Of a stretch of 46,197 bases of DNA, positions 9,194 through 18,032 are shown piece after piece. How positions within the stretch are numbered: position 1 is the first letter of the stretch; every line of letters starts with the position of its first letter. A program made the translations under genes and the position numbers. Under the pieces are notes generated by a model. That model was given only the letters and a program-made list of their open reading frames with translations, did no database searches and was not told the DNA's origin. Source of the stretch: Dehalococcoidia bacterium (lineage in GTDB: Bacteria > Chloroflexota > Dehalococcoidia > GIF9 > AB-539-J10); NCBI GenBank assembly GCA_035530115.1, contig DATKVL010000109.1, positions 1 to 46,197 of the forward strand, read 5' to 3'.

Positions 9194-9784
9194 TTACTCC
9201 TTCACTAATCTATCCGCAGCAATAGCGGCATACCCCTGGATGTCGATGTAGTTGTCACGCTTAGACTGTTGGCCTGAACATCGAGCGAGCTTGAATAGCA
9301 TCATCATGTGGGCTACGTCGAGTGCAGTTAGTTTCTTTAAATCCATATTACCCTCAGAAAAATAAGCGTTCCAATACTGAGCAATTAATGAGAAGGAATC
9401 CTCAGGATTTCCATAAGAATCCTGACGCTCACCATTGATGATAGAGTGGGCTTCGTTGAGAGAGTCTCCTAGTTTCTTTTTAATAATCTTTTTTATAGGA
9501 TATTCAGGAAGAGTAGTTGCATCAATTTCTATAACCTTACCAGGCCTTATTGCATTCTTCAGACTCTCTACATCTTCTGAAGTTAAAAAGGATGTACTTT
9601 CAATGGGCATCTCAAAGATAGTATCATCTTTAAATTTAACTGCATAGATTGGAAGTTTTGTAAGATCTACTAAGTCTTTAATATGTGTTGTAATATCATT
9701 AGTATTTAGGTATCCAAAAGGCCAAGGCTCCCAGAATCCGCTTTCTGTAGTTGTGTAATGTGTAGGCTTTTGCATAGCATCCAT
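9194..9784 (-). CDS. MazG-fold/DUF6378-like nucleotide pyrophosphohydrolase-domain protein
   Basis: The C-terminal pattern NGERQDSYGNPEDSF..IAQYWNAY...LTALDVAHMMMLFKLAR..D..GYAA is typical of the phage all-alpha NTP-PPase-like domain. Confidence 0.45.
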   Translation of the reverse strand: MDAMQKPTHYTTTESGFWEPWPFGYLNTNDITTHIKDLVDLTKLPIYAVKFKDDTIFEMPIESTSFLTSEDVESLKNAIRPGKVIEIDATTLPEYPIKKIIKKKLGDSLNEAHSIINGERQDSYGNPEDSFSLIAQYWNAYFSEGNMDLKKLTALDVAHMMMLFKLARCSGQQSKRDNYIDIQGYAAIAADRLVKE

Positions 9785-10383
9785 TAGAGTATCCCCCTCT
9801 TAGCAAGTTCAAAGTAACAACGTTTAGTTGCGAGTACATCAGCTAGAGCATCATGAGCACCAGAGAATTCTTCATTAAATAAGATTCGATGAAGTTCTTC
9901 AAGCTTTGGAAACTTACAACCCTTCCTACCGGACGGGAAAGGTAGGGCGCAAAACTGAATGGTACTCTTCATGGTGCATTTGTAAGGGAGTTCATTGATC
10001 TCATCAAGAATGAGAGTAGGTTCATCTCCATGGGTTTGAGTGAGAGAATGTGCCAAGATTTGAATCAACTTATAGTCAAAGTCAAAGTTATGACAGACAA
10101 AGAACTCAGCATCTTGGGACATAGAGTGGAATTTAGTGAGAGCTTCCATAGGATGGATACCTTCAGAGTTTGCCTTCTCACTGGAGATTCCATGTGCAGC
10201 TAGAGCCATAGGATGGATGGGTTTAGAACCTATCTTTACCAGAGTGGCATACTCTTCAATTACTTCTCCCTTATCATCAGTGAGGACTGCTCCAAGTTGG
10301 AGAAGAGCTGGTTGATTAGGGTGATTGAAGGGAAGCTTTCCATTAGGTAGGCCGGTTGTTTCAGTATCGAAGAAGAGTATCAT
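9784..10383 (-). CDS. DnaQ-like (DEDDh) 3'-5' exonuclease
   Basis: Motifs FFDTETTG, HNFDFDYK and GAHDALADV. Confidence 0.8.
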   Translation of the reverse strand: MILFFDTETTGLPNGKLPFNHPNQPALLQLGAVLTDDKGEVIEEYATLVKIGSKPIHPMALAAHGISSEKANSEGIHPMEALTKFHSMSQDAEFFVCHNFDFDYKLIQILAHSLTQTHGDEPTLILDEINELPYKCTMKSTIQFCALPFPSGRKGCKFPKLEELHRILFNEEFSGAHDALADVLATKRCYFELAKRGIL

Positions 10384-11711
10384 TCTGTCGCTCCTAACAT
10401 TTCTTTAAGTTGAAGAATGTAACCATCTTTGAATTGTTGAGTTAAGTCTGTACCTATCATGTTGATAGAGTTGTTATGCCCAACTATAAGACCCACTCCA
10501 CTTCCTAAGAAAGGAATAAACCCATTAGTTCCAGGCTTAGCGAATGTGGTATATACATCTTGCATCAACTCAATGGGACGCTGAGTTGGATGATACTTCT
10601 TGGTATGGGGCACTGGATTGTGCTGGAAGATATTGGAGCGTCCTGGTCTCTGTAACTTAGCCTGCCCCTTACGAGCATAAAAGAACATCTCATAAGCATT
10701 ACCTAGAAAGGTTTCGGGCTGAGCAGTTTGACCATTAGGCTTGGCCCAAATCCCAGGGATTAGATTCATCTTAAATCCCACACCCTGCATCAGAGATGCA
10801 ATCTCCTGAAACCAAGGATCAGCAGCGAACCAACACACTAGCCATGACCCCTCACGGAGTACTCGATAGGATTCTTGGAATACTTTAGACATAAAGGAAG
10901 CATATTCCATCTTGTCTATCTCGTTGTATCCCATACACTCGTTATCTTTCTTAACCTTCTGTAGGTCGATTGCATACGGAGGGTCAATCTCAATGAAGTC
11001 TAGTGTGTTGTTAGGAATCTTCTTAAAGGTCTCAAGACAATCTCCAATGATGTAGGAAGAAGAGAGTCTCTTGAATACTTTATCATTGGCCCCGGCACTC
11101 TTGGTATATGCGGAAGCTTGGGCTGAATTGTTTAGAGTTTTGGTTACATTCTTAAGGCGCTTAAAAGCATCAGCCTTATTCTTACACTTGTCTAGTTGGA
11201 GTTCAGGAAATCTTTCGATGGCCTCGGCTAGTTGAAGATCCTTAGCCACGGTTGAGGGATCTTTCTTCACTAACTTAGCGGTGTCTGCCTGGCTCCAGCC
11301 AGGCGCATCAGGACTTCTAGTTATCTTAGGGCCATGAATTTCAATCTGGAGATTGTTGATCTGTCTCATGAGAGCAATCTCTTCTGCGTACTCCATACTC
11401 TTTCGATCAAAGTTCTCAGCCAACTCAATGGAACGTAAGTCTAGTTCGGAGATAGGTTGGTCGTAAATCCGGACAGGGATAGAAGTCCAGCCCATAGCAG
11501 TTAGGGCCGCCATCCTTCGACCCCCAGCAAGTAGGATATAAGGGAGATCAGTCTCTCTTCCCACCTTAACCTTGTCGGCTACGCCTACAGCGACTGGAGT
11601 GATTAGGCCATTCTTCTTGATTGAGAACATGAGTTGCTCAATGTTTCCGTAATCTTTACGGAAGCGTTCTCCCAGTTCTATGGAAGTTATAGGAATTTCC
11701 GGAGTATCCAT
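10380..11711 (-). CDS. ParB-like nuclease domain fused to a beta-class DNA methyltransferase
   Basis: N-terminal ParB box LLAGGRRMAA. IDPPY (motif IV) precedes FLGSGVG (motif I). The ATG at 11711 overlaps the upstream stop (TAATG). Confidence 0.8.
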   Translation of the reverse strand: MDTPEIPITSIELGERFRKDYGNIEQLMFSIKKNGLITPVAVGVADKVKVGRETDLPYILLAGGRRMAALTAMGWTSIPVRIYDQPISELDLRSIELAENFDRKSMEYAEEIALMRQINNLQIEIHGPKITRSPDAPGWSQADTAKLVKKDPSTVAKDLQLAEAIERFPELQLDKCKNKADAFKRLKNVTKTLNNSAQASAYTKSAGANDKVFKRLSSSYIIGDCLETFKKIPNNTLDFIEIDPPYAIDLQKVKKDNECMGYNEIDKMEYASFMSKVFQESYRVLREGSWLVCWFAADPWFQEIASLMQGVGFKMNLIPGIWAKPNGQTAQPETFLGNAYEMFFYARKGQAKLQRPGRSNIFQHNPVPHTKKYHPTQRPIELMQDVYTTFAKPGTNGFIPFLGSGVGLIVGHNNSINMIGTDLTQQFKDGYILQLKEMLGATE

Positions 11712-11890
11712 TAGCACCCCTCTCTTGCACTGAGGAAACTATCAATAAGTTCGACTTCATCCTTAGTAGTTTCACTGTATTGCTGATCAGATTCAGGATC
11801 ATTAGACTCAATGCAGAGAACTGTATCCTCCACTCCCATTATAAAATCAAGGAACTCTTTAAGGAATTCTTTCTTTTCTTCTGGTGTCAT
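11711..11890 (-). CDS. Acidic miniprotein (59 aa), not in the ORF track
   Basis: My translation is MTPEEKKEFLKEFLDFIMGVEDTVLCIESNDPESDQQYSETTKDEVELIDSFLSAREGC. ATGA and TAATG coupling at the two ends. Confidence 0.55.
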   Translation of the reverse strand: MTPEEKKEFLKEFLDFIMGVEDTVLCIESNDPESDQQYSETTKDEVELIDSFLSAREGC

Positions 11891-12138
11891 TTCTTAACTC
11901 CTTTCATGAGGGATGCCGCTAAGGCGGCCTTTGCTTCAGTGGTCATACCATTAGCTAGGGCAAATAAATCTTGTTGCTTTGGAGCTTTCTTGCTAGGTGC
12001 ACGAGAGACCTTAGCCGGTGCAGATTTACGAGCAGCAGGTCGAGTACGACGAGTGGCTCTGATCTTGTGGATCTTAACCATAAGTTCAGGCCGACTCATA
12101 TCTGATATGGATATTCCTAAGGAATCAATCGTGGCCAT
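11887..12138 (-). CDS. Basic hypothetical protein (83 aa)
   Basis: Lys/Arg/Ala-rich centre (RATRRTRPAARKSAPAKVSRAPSKKAPK). Co-directional, overlapping neighbours. Confidence 0.6.
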   Translation of the reverse strand: MATIDSLGISISDMSRPELMVKIHKIRATRRTRPAARKSAPAKVSRAPSKKAPKQQDLFALANGMTTEAKAALAASLMKGVKK

Positions 12139-12436
12139 TCCTAAGTTCCTTTAGTTTATTCTCAAAGAATTCTATCTGACTGTTACGAGATCGGGACAGG
12201 CCACAAGTTACTACTTGGGTAATTCCGATGTGGTTTGATACGATGGCTCCTATAGCGGGAAGACCTCCCTTGTCGTAGAGATCTAAGACTCCCTGCACAA
12301 GAGCTTGAAATAGTGGTTTCTGCATACCATGAGGTAGGATCTGCAGAAGTTTTTGGTGCTGTTCGGGAGTGAGTTCAGCTGCTAGACGTGGACGATAATC
12401 TCCACCTGCTGAGCTACTCTTTTGATCCGTGCTCAC
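12125..12436 (-). CDS. Hypothetical protein (103 aa)
   Basis: ORF in a packed co-directional block. No motif recognised. Confidence 0.55.
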   Translation of the reverse strand: MSTDQKSSSAGGDYRPRLAAELTPEQHQKLLQILPHGMQKPLFQALVQGVLDLYDKGGLPAIGAIVSNHIGITQVVTCGLSRSRNSQIEFFENKLKELRNGHD

Positions 12437-12626
12437 GTATGAGGGCCCTCCTTATACCTATTTTTATAGCATTGAAAGTTCCTGAGACTGTGGATAGACA
12501 GGGTTTGCAATACTTTCGGGGAATGCCGATACCTGTCCAGTAGAGTTCCATCACATGGGTTTCTCTACATAAAGGGCATAGGCAGTCCATCTTCTTATAC
12601 AACTCGTCTACTTTCTCAGGGGGCAT
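12414..12626 (-). CDS. Zinc-ribbon miniprotein (70 aa)
   Basis: CLCPLC...CKPC. First gene after M2, with an unusual SD-hairpin-ATG arrangement upstream. Confidence 0.55.
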   Translation of the reverse strand: MPPEKVDELYKKMDCLCPLCRETHVMELYWTGIGIPRKYCKPCLSTVSGTFNAIKIGIRRALIREHGSKE

Positions 12627-12655
12627 GATTAGTTAAGGGGGATTCTATCCCCTCC

Positions 12656-12684
12656 TTGCTATGTGGATTTAATCAATGTAGCAA
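12656..12684 (-). promoter_or_regulatory. 29-bp quasi-palindromic motif, copy M2
   Basis: Minus strand reads ttgctacattGATTAAATCcacatagcaa, followed immediately by GGAGG. Confidence 0.8.
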
Positions 12685-12748
12685 AACATGGTTAAGGATT
12701 ACCGGAGCGCCCGGCTTGCCTTACCTACTTCGTACGAGAGCCTTAACC
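12683..12748 (-). terminator. Candidate structured terminator after the SSB-like gene
   Basis: On the minus strand GGTTAAGG (12748-12741) pairs with CCTTAACC (12697-12690), enclosing a CCGG-gcgct-CCGG hairpin. ATGTTTTG follows. Confidence 0.35.
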
Positions 12749-12763
12749 AGTTTGCTAACTTAC

Positions 12764-13210
12764 TTACGCACCAATGATAAACTTTACAACATCATTCTGA
12801 TCACCATACTGCTCGGAGTGGGACTTGCGTAGGATAGCATAGCCTTCCCTCCCTACCATCTCATTGAAGTTCAGCTCGGTGAGATTGAATGCACGCTTGA
12901 GGCACTCCAGATCCCACTTAACACCGTTCAACTTCTTGGCATCCATACCTTCGACCGGCACAGAGAAGATCTTACTGAAGTTTCTGGAACTAGCTTCATC
13001 AGGAATATCAAAGTTCACGATGAAGAACTTGTTGCCGGTCTCAGTTTTGGTTCGAACGATCTTACCATCAGTGTCCTTCTTGAATCCAGTAATCCGGATC
13101 TTATATTCCCCATCCTCAACACAGGTAGGCTCAACTGCATCACCTGTGTCGATGTCCAGAATACTCTCACCCATTTCACTTGCTACATCCTGATAGATTT
13201 CTTCACTCAT
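12764..13210 (-). CDS. Putative OB-fold ssDNA-binding protein (DUF2815-like)
   Basis: Size, acidic N-terminus and position beside the Sak4-like ATPase and Cas4-like nuclease. No strict motif. Confidence 0.4.
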   Translation of the reverse strand: MSEEIYQDVASEMGESILDIDTGDAVEPTCVEDGEYKIRITGFKKDTDGKIVRTKTETGNKFFIVNFDIPDEASSRNFSKIFSVPVEGMDAKKLNGVKWDLECLKRAFNLTELNFNEMVGREGYAILRKSHSEQYGDQNDVVKFIIGA

Positions 13211-13263
13211 TGCAATACTCCTTGTTGTTGATTAGCGCTAATGCGCTGATTGTCAGGACAGGC

Positions 13264-13668
13264 TTAGTCGCCAGCCTGAAGTTTGATGATTGCACCTTTC
13301 AGCTTTCCTATAGCGAGGATATAGCCAGGAGGTTTTGTTGATTCGAGGTCGGTGATGAGACCTTGAATTGCATATATGAATTGATCTCCGAGCACTTTGC
13401 ACCCAATGGATTTAGGAGTGGTTTCACACTGAGCTTGAGGAGCGGATTCATCAGTTATGCCAAGCTCAATATCCTTACTACGATCTTCCCATCCAGGAAC
13501 TCCAGGGCCATCTTCATACTTAGGCTCATCAAGTTCACTGTCTGGTAACATGTCTAAACATTTTTCAAGTAGAGTTTCATCAAACTCTCCACCGTAAGTG
13601 ATTTCTACCCCAGAGATTTTAATTACTTCTTCAGGCAATGGTGTGCAATACTTCTTAGTCTCAGGCAT
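13264..13668 (-). CDS. Acidic hypothetical protein (134 aa)
   Basis: ORF in a co-directional block. D/E-rich. Confidence 0.55.
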   Translation of the reverse strand: MPETKKYCTPLPEEVIKISGVEITYGGEFDETLLEKCLDMLPDSELDEPKYEDGPGVPGWEDRSKDIELGITDESAPQAQCETTPKSIGCKVLGDQFIYAIQGLITDLESTKPPGYILAIGKLKGAIIKLQAGD

Positions 13669-13678
13669 AACTTCCTCC

Positions 13679-14473
13679 TTATGGAATGAACTTCAGTTTA
13701 GAATCCTTTAGAGGGACTCCCTTATAATACTCATCTATCCTCTTAGACACTAAGTCCAAGTCATTATCAATCCGATATGGAAACATATCGAATGGAGTTT
13801 TAGCAGTGGTGTAACCATCACTTTGTGTGGTGAAGTAATAGGATCGCTTGGTATCGTCGGCTACTACTTCGGCAAATAGGACGATGGTACTCAGGCCTTC
13901 AAGAGTTACCTTATCATCAAGGAGTTTACCCAGAGTTTTCATCTTCCTCTCAGTGCCAGTATCTTCTTCGTGTGTAAGAATGAATACCTTAAGGCTACCT
14001 CTTAATTTAGTAGCTAGTATTACCACATCGAAGATGTGTTTAGCCATAAGGGTGAACTTATCGAATCCTTTCTCAAGGGCTTTAGCCATGAACTCAGTAG
14101 CCATGATGTACTGGGCATCATCAATGACTAGGTGTTTCCACTTCTCATCCCGTGATACTTCCATCATAGTCCGAGAGATGGTAGCAGGATCGGCTGAGTT
14201 CAGCATGTTCTTCTTCTCTTGGTATTGCATACCTTTGGGAAAGGGAAGAGACTTTCCCACCACGTTTATTAGAAAGGTATTCTCCGGGTTCAAGTTACGA
14301 ATGGAGTTAGACTTTCCTCGCCCACTTTTGGATATACCAAGAATGAGTTGGGACTTCTGACCTTTGTACATAGACTCTGCATTCTCAGAAGCAGCCTGAG
14401 TTAGGTTGGCCTCAATAGGTTTCACTGTAGTCTGAGTTATTGGTGGGACTGGGGGTTTTGTCGGTTCTGCCAT
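13679..14473 (-). CDS. Sak4/RecA-like P-loop ATPase
   Basis: Walker A GISKSGRGKS and Walker B HLVIDDAQ. AAAGGAGAAAG SD before the MAEPTK start at 14473. Confidence 0.65.
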   Translation of the reverse strand: MAEPTKPPVPPITQTTVKPIEANLTQAASENAESMYKGQKSQLILGISKSGRGKSNSIRNLNPENTFLINVVGKSLPFPKGMQYQEKKNMLNSADPATISRTMMEVSRDEKWKHLVIDDAQYIMATEFMAKALEKGFDKFTLMAKHIFDVVILATKLRGSLKVFILTHEEDTGTERKMKTLGKLLDDKVTLEGLSTIVLFAEVVADDTKRSYYFTTQSDGYTTAKTPFDMFPYRIDNDLDLVSKRIDEYYKGVPLKDSKLKFIP

Positions 14474-14702
14474 TTGCTTTCTCCTTTCTATAACGTTCAA
14501 GAACTCTAAACCATTTCTCGTAAATTCTATTAAACTCGTCGAAAGAAACTCCGGCTTCTTGTAGGAAGGGGACTCTCTCTGATTGAAGCATATCTTCAAG
14601 GAGCATCAGAAGAGTCAACTCAGCCTGACGTTCGTCTTCAATGGTTAGTCCTCCGATTAGTTCTGGCTTTGTCTCAGATAGAATTAGATGATCATTACTC
14701 AT
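14412..14702 (-). CDS. Hypothetical protein (96 aa)
   Basis: ORF track. Its 3' end overlaps the ATPase start by about 60 nt in another frame. Confidence 0.5.
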   Translation of the reverse strand: MSNDHLILSETKPELIGGLTIEDERQAELTLLMLLEDMLQSERVPFLQEAGVSFDEFNRIYEKWFRVLERYRKEKANGRTDKTPSPTNNSDYSETY

Positions 14703-14953
14703 AATGAGTAGTCCTCCAACTTACTTAAAGCATCCTTAAAATCCTTAGAATCCATCCAATAAGAACAGACTTTTAAACCCTCAAGAAATATAACTACCAT
14801 ATCTCTAGGAGTTAAATATTTAGTTATTGGATAATATTCTACTAAATCTCCATTAGAATCTTTAATATCTACAGCTAACTCAAGTGTATTAGAACTCTCA
14901 TTAATATGTAGATTGTGAAATGTTTTATGTGTTAGATTATATGAAGTGCTCAT
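14699..14953 (-). CDS. Hypothetical protein (84 aa)
   Basis: ATGA coupling with the nuclease stop at 14950-14953. Confidence 0.55.
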   Translation of the reverse strand: MSTSYNLTHKTFHNLHINESSNTLELAVDIKDSNGDLVEYYPITKYLTPRDMVVIFLEGLKVCSYWMDSKDFKDALSKLEDYSL

Positions 14954-15918
14954 AAGGATAGTACCTCTCGAAGATCTTCTTCCAACGGATTCCAAAACTC
15001 AACCTTCATATCAGCAGGAAGTTTCTCCTGATGCTGAATAGGGTTATTCCAACTATTACAGAGGCCTAAATAGGTGCAAGTCCTCCCCCAGTTACAACAA
15101 CTCCTACCATTCAGAGGGAAGCAATCCATACGGTCAGCTCCAATAGTAGTACCCGCCAACAGAGCGAAGTCTTTATAGATGCGATCCATCCAACTCTTTG
15201 TATTCTCCAGCCAGTTGAACATCTGGGAGTTGGAATAGTTAATAGGGAATCTTTTGAGAATATAATCAGCGATTTTGGTTTTCTTAAAGCACATACAGTT
15301 GATGATGATACCACTTACTTCTTCAGGCGGGAAGAGGCAGTTGAGGACGTGAGTATAGGTACCGCACTGAATTCCCATCATATGTTCGTATAGGTAGGAG
15401 TCGGAGATATAGTTTCCACCCTTGGTCTTATGCTCAAGTGAGCAGTATTTTCCATCACGCTGATCTTGGAGTACGGTGTCCATCTTGAAGGCAATCTTGT
15501 GCTTAGGTGAAAGGTGGATAGTTCCTCCGAATTCTGTCTTGTAGACTTTGTAGTTGGTGAGATCATCTGCATACTGTTTGAGATATAGGATCAACATCTC
15601 GAAAAATCTTCCCGGAGTTTTAGGTGAAAAGATTTCATCAGTAGATTCAGGAAATGCACTACGATATTCATCGTTGAAGAGGGTGAGAGCTTCCATTACT
15701 GCTTCCACTCGATAGCCGTGGAGGATGATATGCTCCATTGCTATGTGGACTGCCTTGCCGAAGTGCAAGTGGTTATTGGGATAGGAGGATCTCCACCCGA
15801 GGACGTACTCGTAGAAGAAAGCACGCGGGCAATCCTGATAGGATTGAATCTTGGTGCTATCGAGAATGTCCATACTTGAATGGTATGAGATGGGGAGGGG
15901 TAGTTCAGAGATGTTCAT
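14950..15918 (-). CDS. PD-(D/E)XK nuclease with Cas4-like cysteine cluster (DUF2800-like)
   Basis: Catalytic D...ExK (FKMDTV...CSLEHKTKG). One N-terminal Cys (QDCPRAF) plus C-terminal CCNWGRTCTYLGLC. Confidence 0.7.
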   Translation of the reverse strand: MNISELPLPISYHSSMDILDSTKIQSYQDCPRAFFYEYVLGWRSSYPNNHLHFGKAVHIAMEHIILHGYRVEAVMEALTLFNDEYRSAFPESTDEIFSPKTPGRFFEMLILYLKQYADDLTNYKVYKTEFGGTIHLSPKHKIAFKMDTVLQDQRDGKYCSLEHKTKGGNYISDSYLYEHMMGIQCGTYTHVLNCLFPPEEVSGIIINCMCFKKTKIADYILKRFPINYSNSQMFNWLENTKSWMDRIYKDFALLAGTTIGADRMDCFPLNGRSCCNWGRTCTYLGLCNSWNNPIQHQEKLPADMKVEFWNPLEEDLREVLSL

Positions 15919-15919
15919 A

Positions 15920-16138
15920 TTACTTTATCCCCTTCTTAGGAGCTTCAATCATAAGACATGCCTCAGGATCAAGATCATACAACTCAGACATAAGAGCTTT
16001 TATTGAAGGGTCAATCTTAGCAAGTTGTTGATATATAAGATATTCATATTCTTCTTTACGAGCACGGAGTTGATGCCGAAGCTCATTGATCTTACGTTTC
16101 TCTGAAAATTTAACGCTTACTACTTTCTTAGTGGTCAT
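15920..16138 (-). CDS. Hypothetical coiled-coil protein (72 aa)
   Basis: AAGGAGA SD. First gene after M3. Confidence 0.6.
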   Translation of the reverse strand: MTTKKVVSVKFSEKRKINELRHQLRARKEEYEYLIYQQLAKIDPSIKALMSELYDLDPEACLMIEAPKKGIK

Positions 16139-16192
16139 GACAATTCTCCTTCTTTATAATTAAGGATTGACTTCATCCTCTAGGGTGGCGGA

Positions 16193-16221
16193 TTCCTATG
16201 TTGATTTAATCATGATAGCAA
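16193..16221 (-). promoter_or_regulatory. 29-bp quasi-palindromic motif, copy M3
   Basis: Minus strand reads ttgctatcatGATTAAATCaacataggaa, 55 nt upstream of the ATG at 16138. Confidence 0.75.
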
Positions 16222-16227
16222 TATTTT

Positions 16228-16410
16228 CTAAAGATTACGTATAACATCCATTAGGCCAGAAAGAGTTATATTAACTGATTCAAAGTCTGTACTTACATAA
16301 GCCATAGACTGGCTACAGGCAGCACGTTGTAAGTTTTCAGCAATCATACCTTCACGTTCAGTTATACACATTTCTAATTGAATTCTAATATCTAAAAGTT
16401 GACGTTCCAT
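16228..16410 (-). CDS. Hypothetical protein (60 aa)
   Basis: ORF track. Adjacent to the ligase stop. Confidence 0.5.
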   Translation of the reverse strand: MERQLLDIRIQLEMCITEREGMIAENLQRAACSQSMAYVSTDFESVNITLSGLMDVIRNL

Positions 16411-16412
16411 AA

Positions 16413-17303
16413 TTAGTCCTCATTTCCGCACTCAGGTTTATCTGATACAATCCGTACAGCCCGGGAGAATAGGGGGACTCCCTTGGCATCAGACATAGTT
16501 TGGTATTCTATCTCAAGATACTCCCCTTTAAAATGTTCGGGGAATATTTTATAGTCTATCCAACTATTTCTGCGGGCATCATGAGAAAGTTTACCGGCTC
16601 CTACTTTGAAATAAGTACCTTCTGTATCTACACACTCGAAAGCGCCAATCATTCCAAGAGGTTTACCTTCTTCAGAGATTGCCTCAATCACACGAGCAAT
16701 CATATAGTGATCGGTCTTCTTAGGTTTAAACTTCATCATCGCACCAACTCTGCGGCGCGTATAGAAAGAGTTCATCTCTCGTACAATAAATCCCTCATAG
16801 CCCATCTCTATATACTGTTCATATAGGGAGTAGAGTTTCTCCAAACTATCGGAAACTCTTACTGGCACTGACTTGATTGGGCCATTAGGGATTGATTGTA
16901 ATATCTTGTTGAGATTTTGTAGACGAAACCATTGGGGAGAGTTATCTATCAAGTCGAATAGATGAAGTTCCATCACTCCTGAATTAGAGTGCATGTTAGT
17001 TTCACGGCTGACGATAGAGTGGATTTCACTCCAAGACATACCGTGGACGTAGAGTTCACCATCATACTCACCGTCTGGTAAGGATAGGCCAGCCTGATTT
17101 ATGTGAGGCACTGCGGGAATAATGTCTTCACTTGAAGATAGGAGAAGGCAGCGAGAACCTTCCTTAATAAGGCGGCAGCGTTCACCATTCAACTTGGGTT
17201 GAACTATCCAGGGCTGAGACCAAGTGGTTTTGAAGCGCCCTTGATTAAGGATGCGACGTTCTGAGAATGGTTCAGCAAGTTGGATTCCAGATCGGATAGC
17301 CAT
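16413..17303 (-). CDS. ATP-dependent DNA ligase
   Basis: Motif I KLNGER (Asn in place of the usual Asp), motif III DGELYV, motif IV EGFIVR, motif V MMKFKPK. Confidence 0.8.
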   Translation of the reverse strand: MAIRSGIQLAEPFSERRILNQGRFKTTWSQPWIVQPKLNGERCRLIKEGSRCLLLSSSEDIIPAVPHINQAGLSLPDGEYDGELYVHGMSWSEIHSIVSRETNMHSNSGVMELHLFDLIDNSPQWFRLQNLNKILQSIPNGPIKSVPVRVSDSLEKLYSLYEQYIEMGYEGFIVREMNSFYTRRRVGAMMKFKPKKTDHYMIARVIEAISEEGKPLGMIGAFECVDTEGTYFKVGAGKLSHDARRNSWIDYKIFPEHFKGEYLEIEYQTMSDAKGVPLFSRAVRIVSDKPECGNED

Positions 17304-17476
17304 TAGTTACACTCCTGACACCAATAAGTTCTCATATCATTACCTGATTGTCCAAACTCATCGGTTATAACTTCTATATTAGTATCATTTGTAATTACTT
17401 CCATAACTGCATGTTTGAAGCACAGGACTTTTCCTGTCTCCTTAATTCTGAATATAGTCTTTAAATTAAATTCCAT
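17303..17476 (-). CDS. Miniprotein (57 aa), not in the ORF track
   Basis: My translation is MEFNLKTIFRIKETGKVLCFKH...RTYWCQECN. Its stop overlaps the ligase ATG (TAATG). Confidence 0.5.
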   Translation of the reverse strand: MEFNLKTIFRIKETGKVLCFKHAVMEVITNDTNIEVITDEFGQSGNDMRTYWCQECN

Positions 17477-17517
17477 ATAAGTAACCTCAAATGATCGGGT
17501 TGGTACAATCTAAGAGT

Positions 17518-17553
17518 AAAATAAAAGTCCCGTTGATGAAGAAGGCACGGGAC
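17518..17553 (-). terminator. Rho-independent terminator
   Basis: On the minus strand GTCCCGT (17553-17547) pairs with ACGGGAC (17533-17527) around a 13-nt loop, followed by TTTTATTTT. Confidence 0.6.
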
Positions 17554-17581
17554 CACACCTTTAATACAGTCCTACAGGGGG

Positions 17582-17974
17582 TTAGGACTGCACACCCAGA
17601 GAGGCCAGGAACTCAGCCTGCTTCTCAGGAGACCAAGAAGAGAAGGCATTCTGAATTGCCACAGCAGGATCGACCTGAGTCTTCTCGATAACCATACCGG
17701 GCTTCCAAGCGGATACGAGGGTCTGAATCTGATCTACGGAGAGACCAGCTTTCAACTTGGCACGAATGATAGACTGGAGACCAACCTTGGCATTGGCCTT
17801 GTAGTTGGAGTGCACGGCCTCAGCACCACAGATTTCAACTGCAGAATCCAGATTGTCACCAAAGTCAAATTCAACAGTAGCCTGCTTCCAGGACGGCTGA
17901 CCTTCCTCATTCAGTACAACATTACCGTCTTTGTCCTTTACCTGATACTTTGCTTCTACAGTTTCCATAGCCAT
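17582..17974 (-). CDS. Hypothetical protein (130 aa) in a monocistronic promoter-terminator cassette
   Basis: AAGGAG SD before MAMETVEAKYQ. Flanked by its own sigma70 promoter and terminator. GC-richer than its neighbours. Confidence 0.7.
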   Translation of the reverse strand: MAMETVEAKYQVKDKDGNVVLNEEGQPSWKQATVEFDFGDNLDSAVEICGAEAVHSNYKANAKVGLQSIIRAKLKAGLSVDQIQTLVSAWKPGMVIEKTQVDPAVAIQNAFSSWSPEKQAEFLASLGVQS

Positions 17975-18032
17975 GATTGAGACTCCTTGTTTGAATTGAA
18001 GTGAATCGGCATAATTGCCATTTGTTGAATAC

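Noticed and set aside
11780-14360. Plus-strand ORFs 11780..12154, 12864..13193, 13363..13548 and 13848..14360
   Set aside because: All are antisense to well-supported minus-strand genes with motifs or translational coupling. None has a ribosome-binding site.
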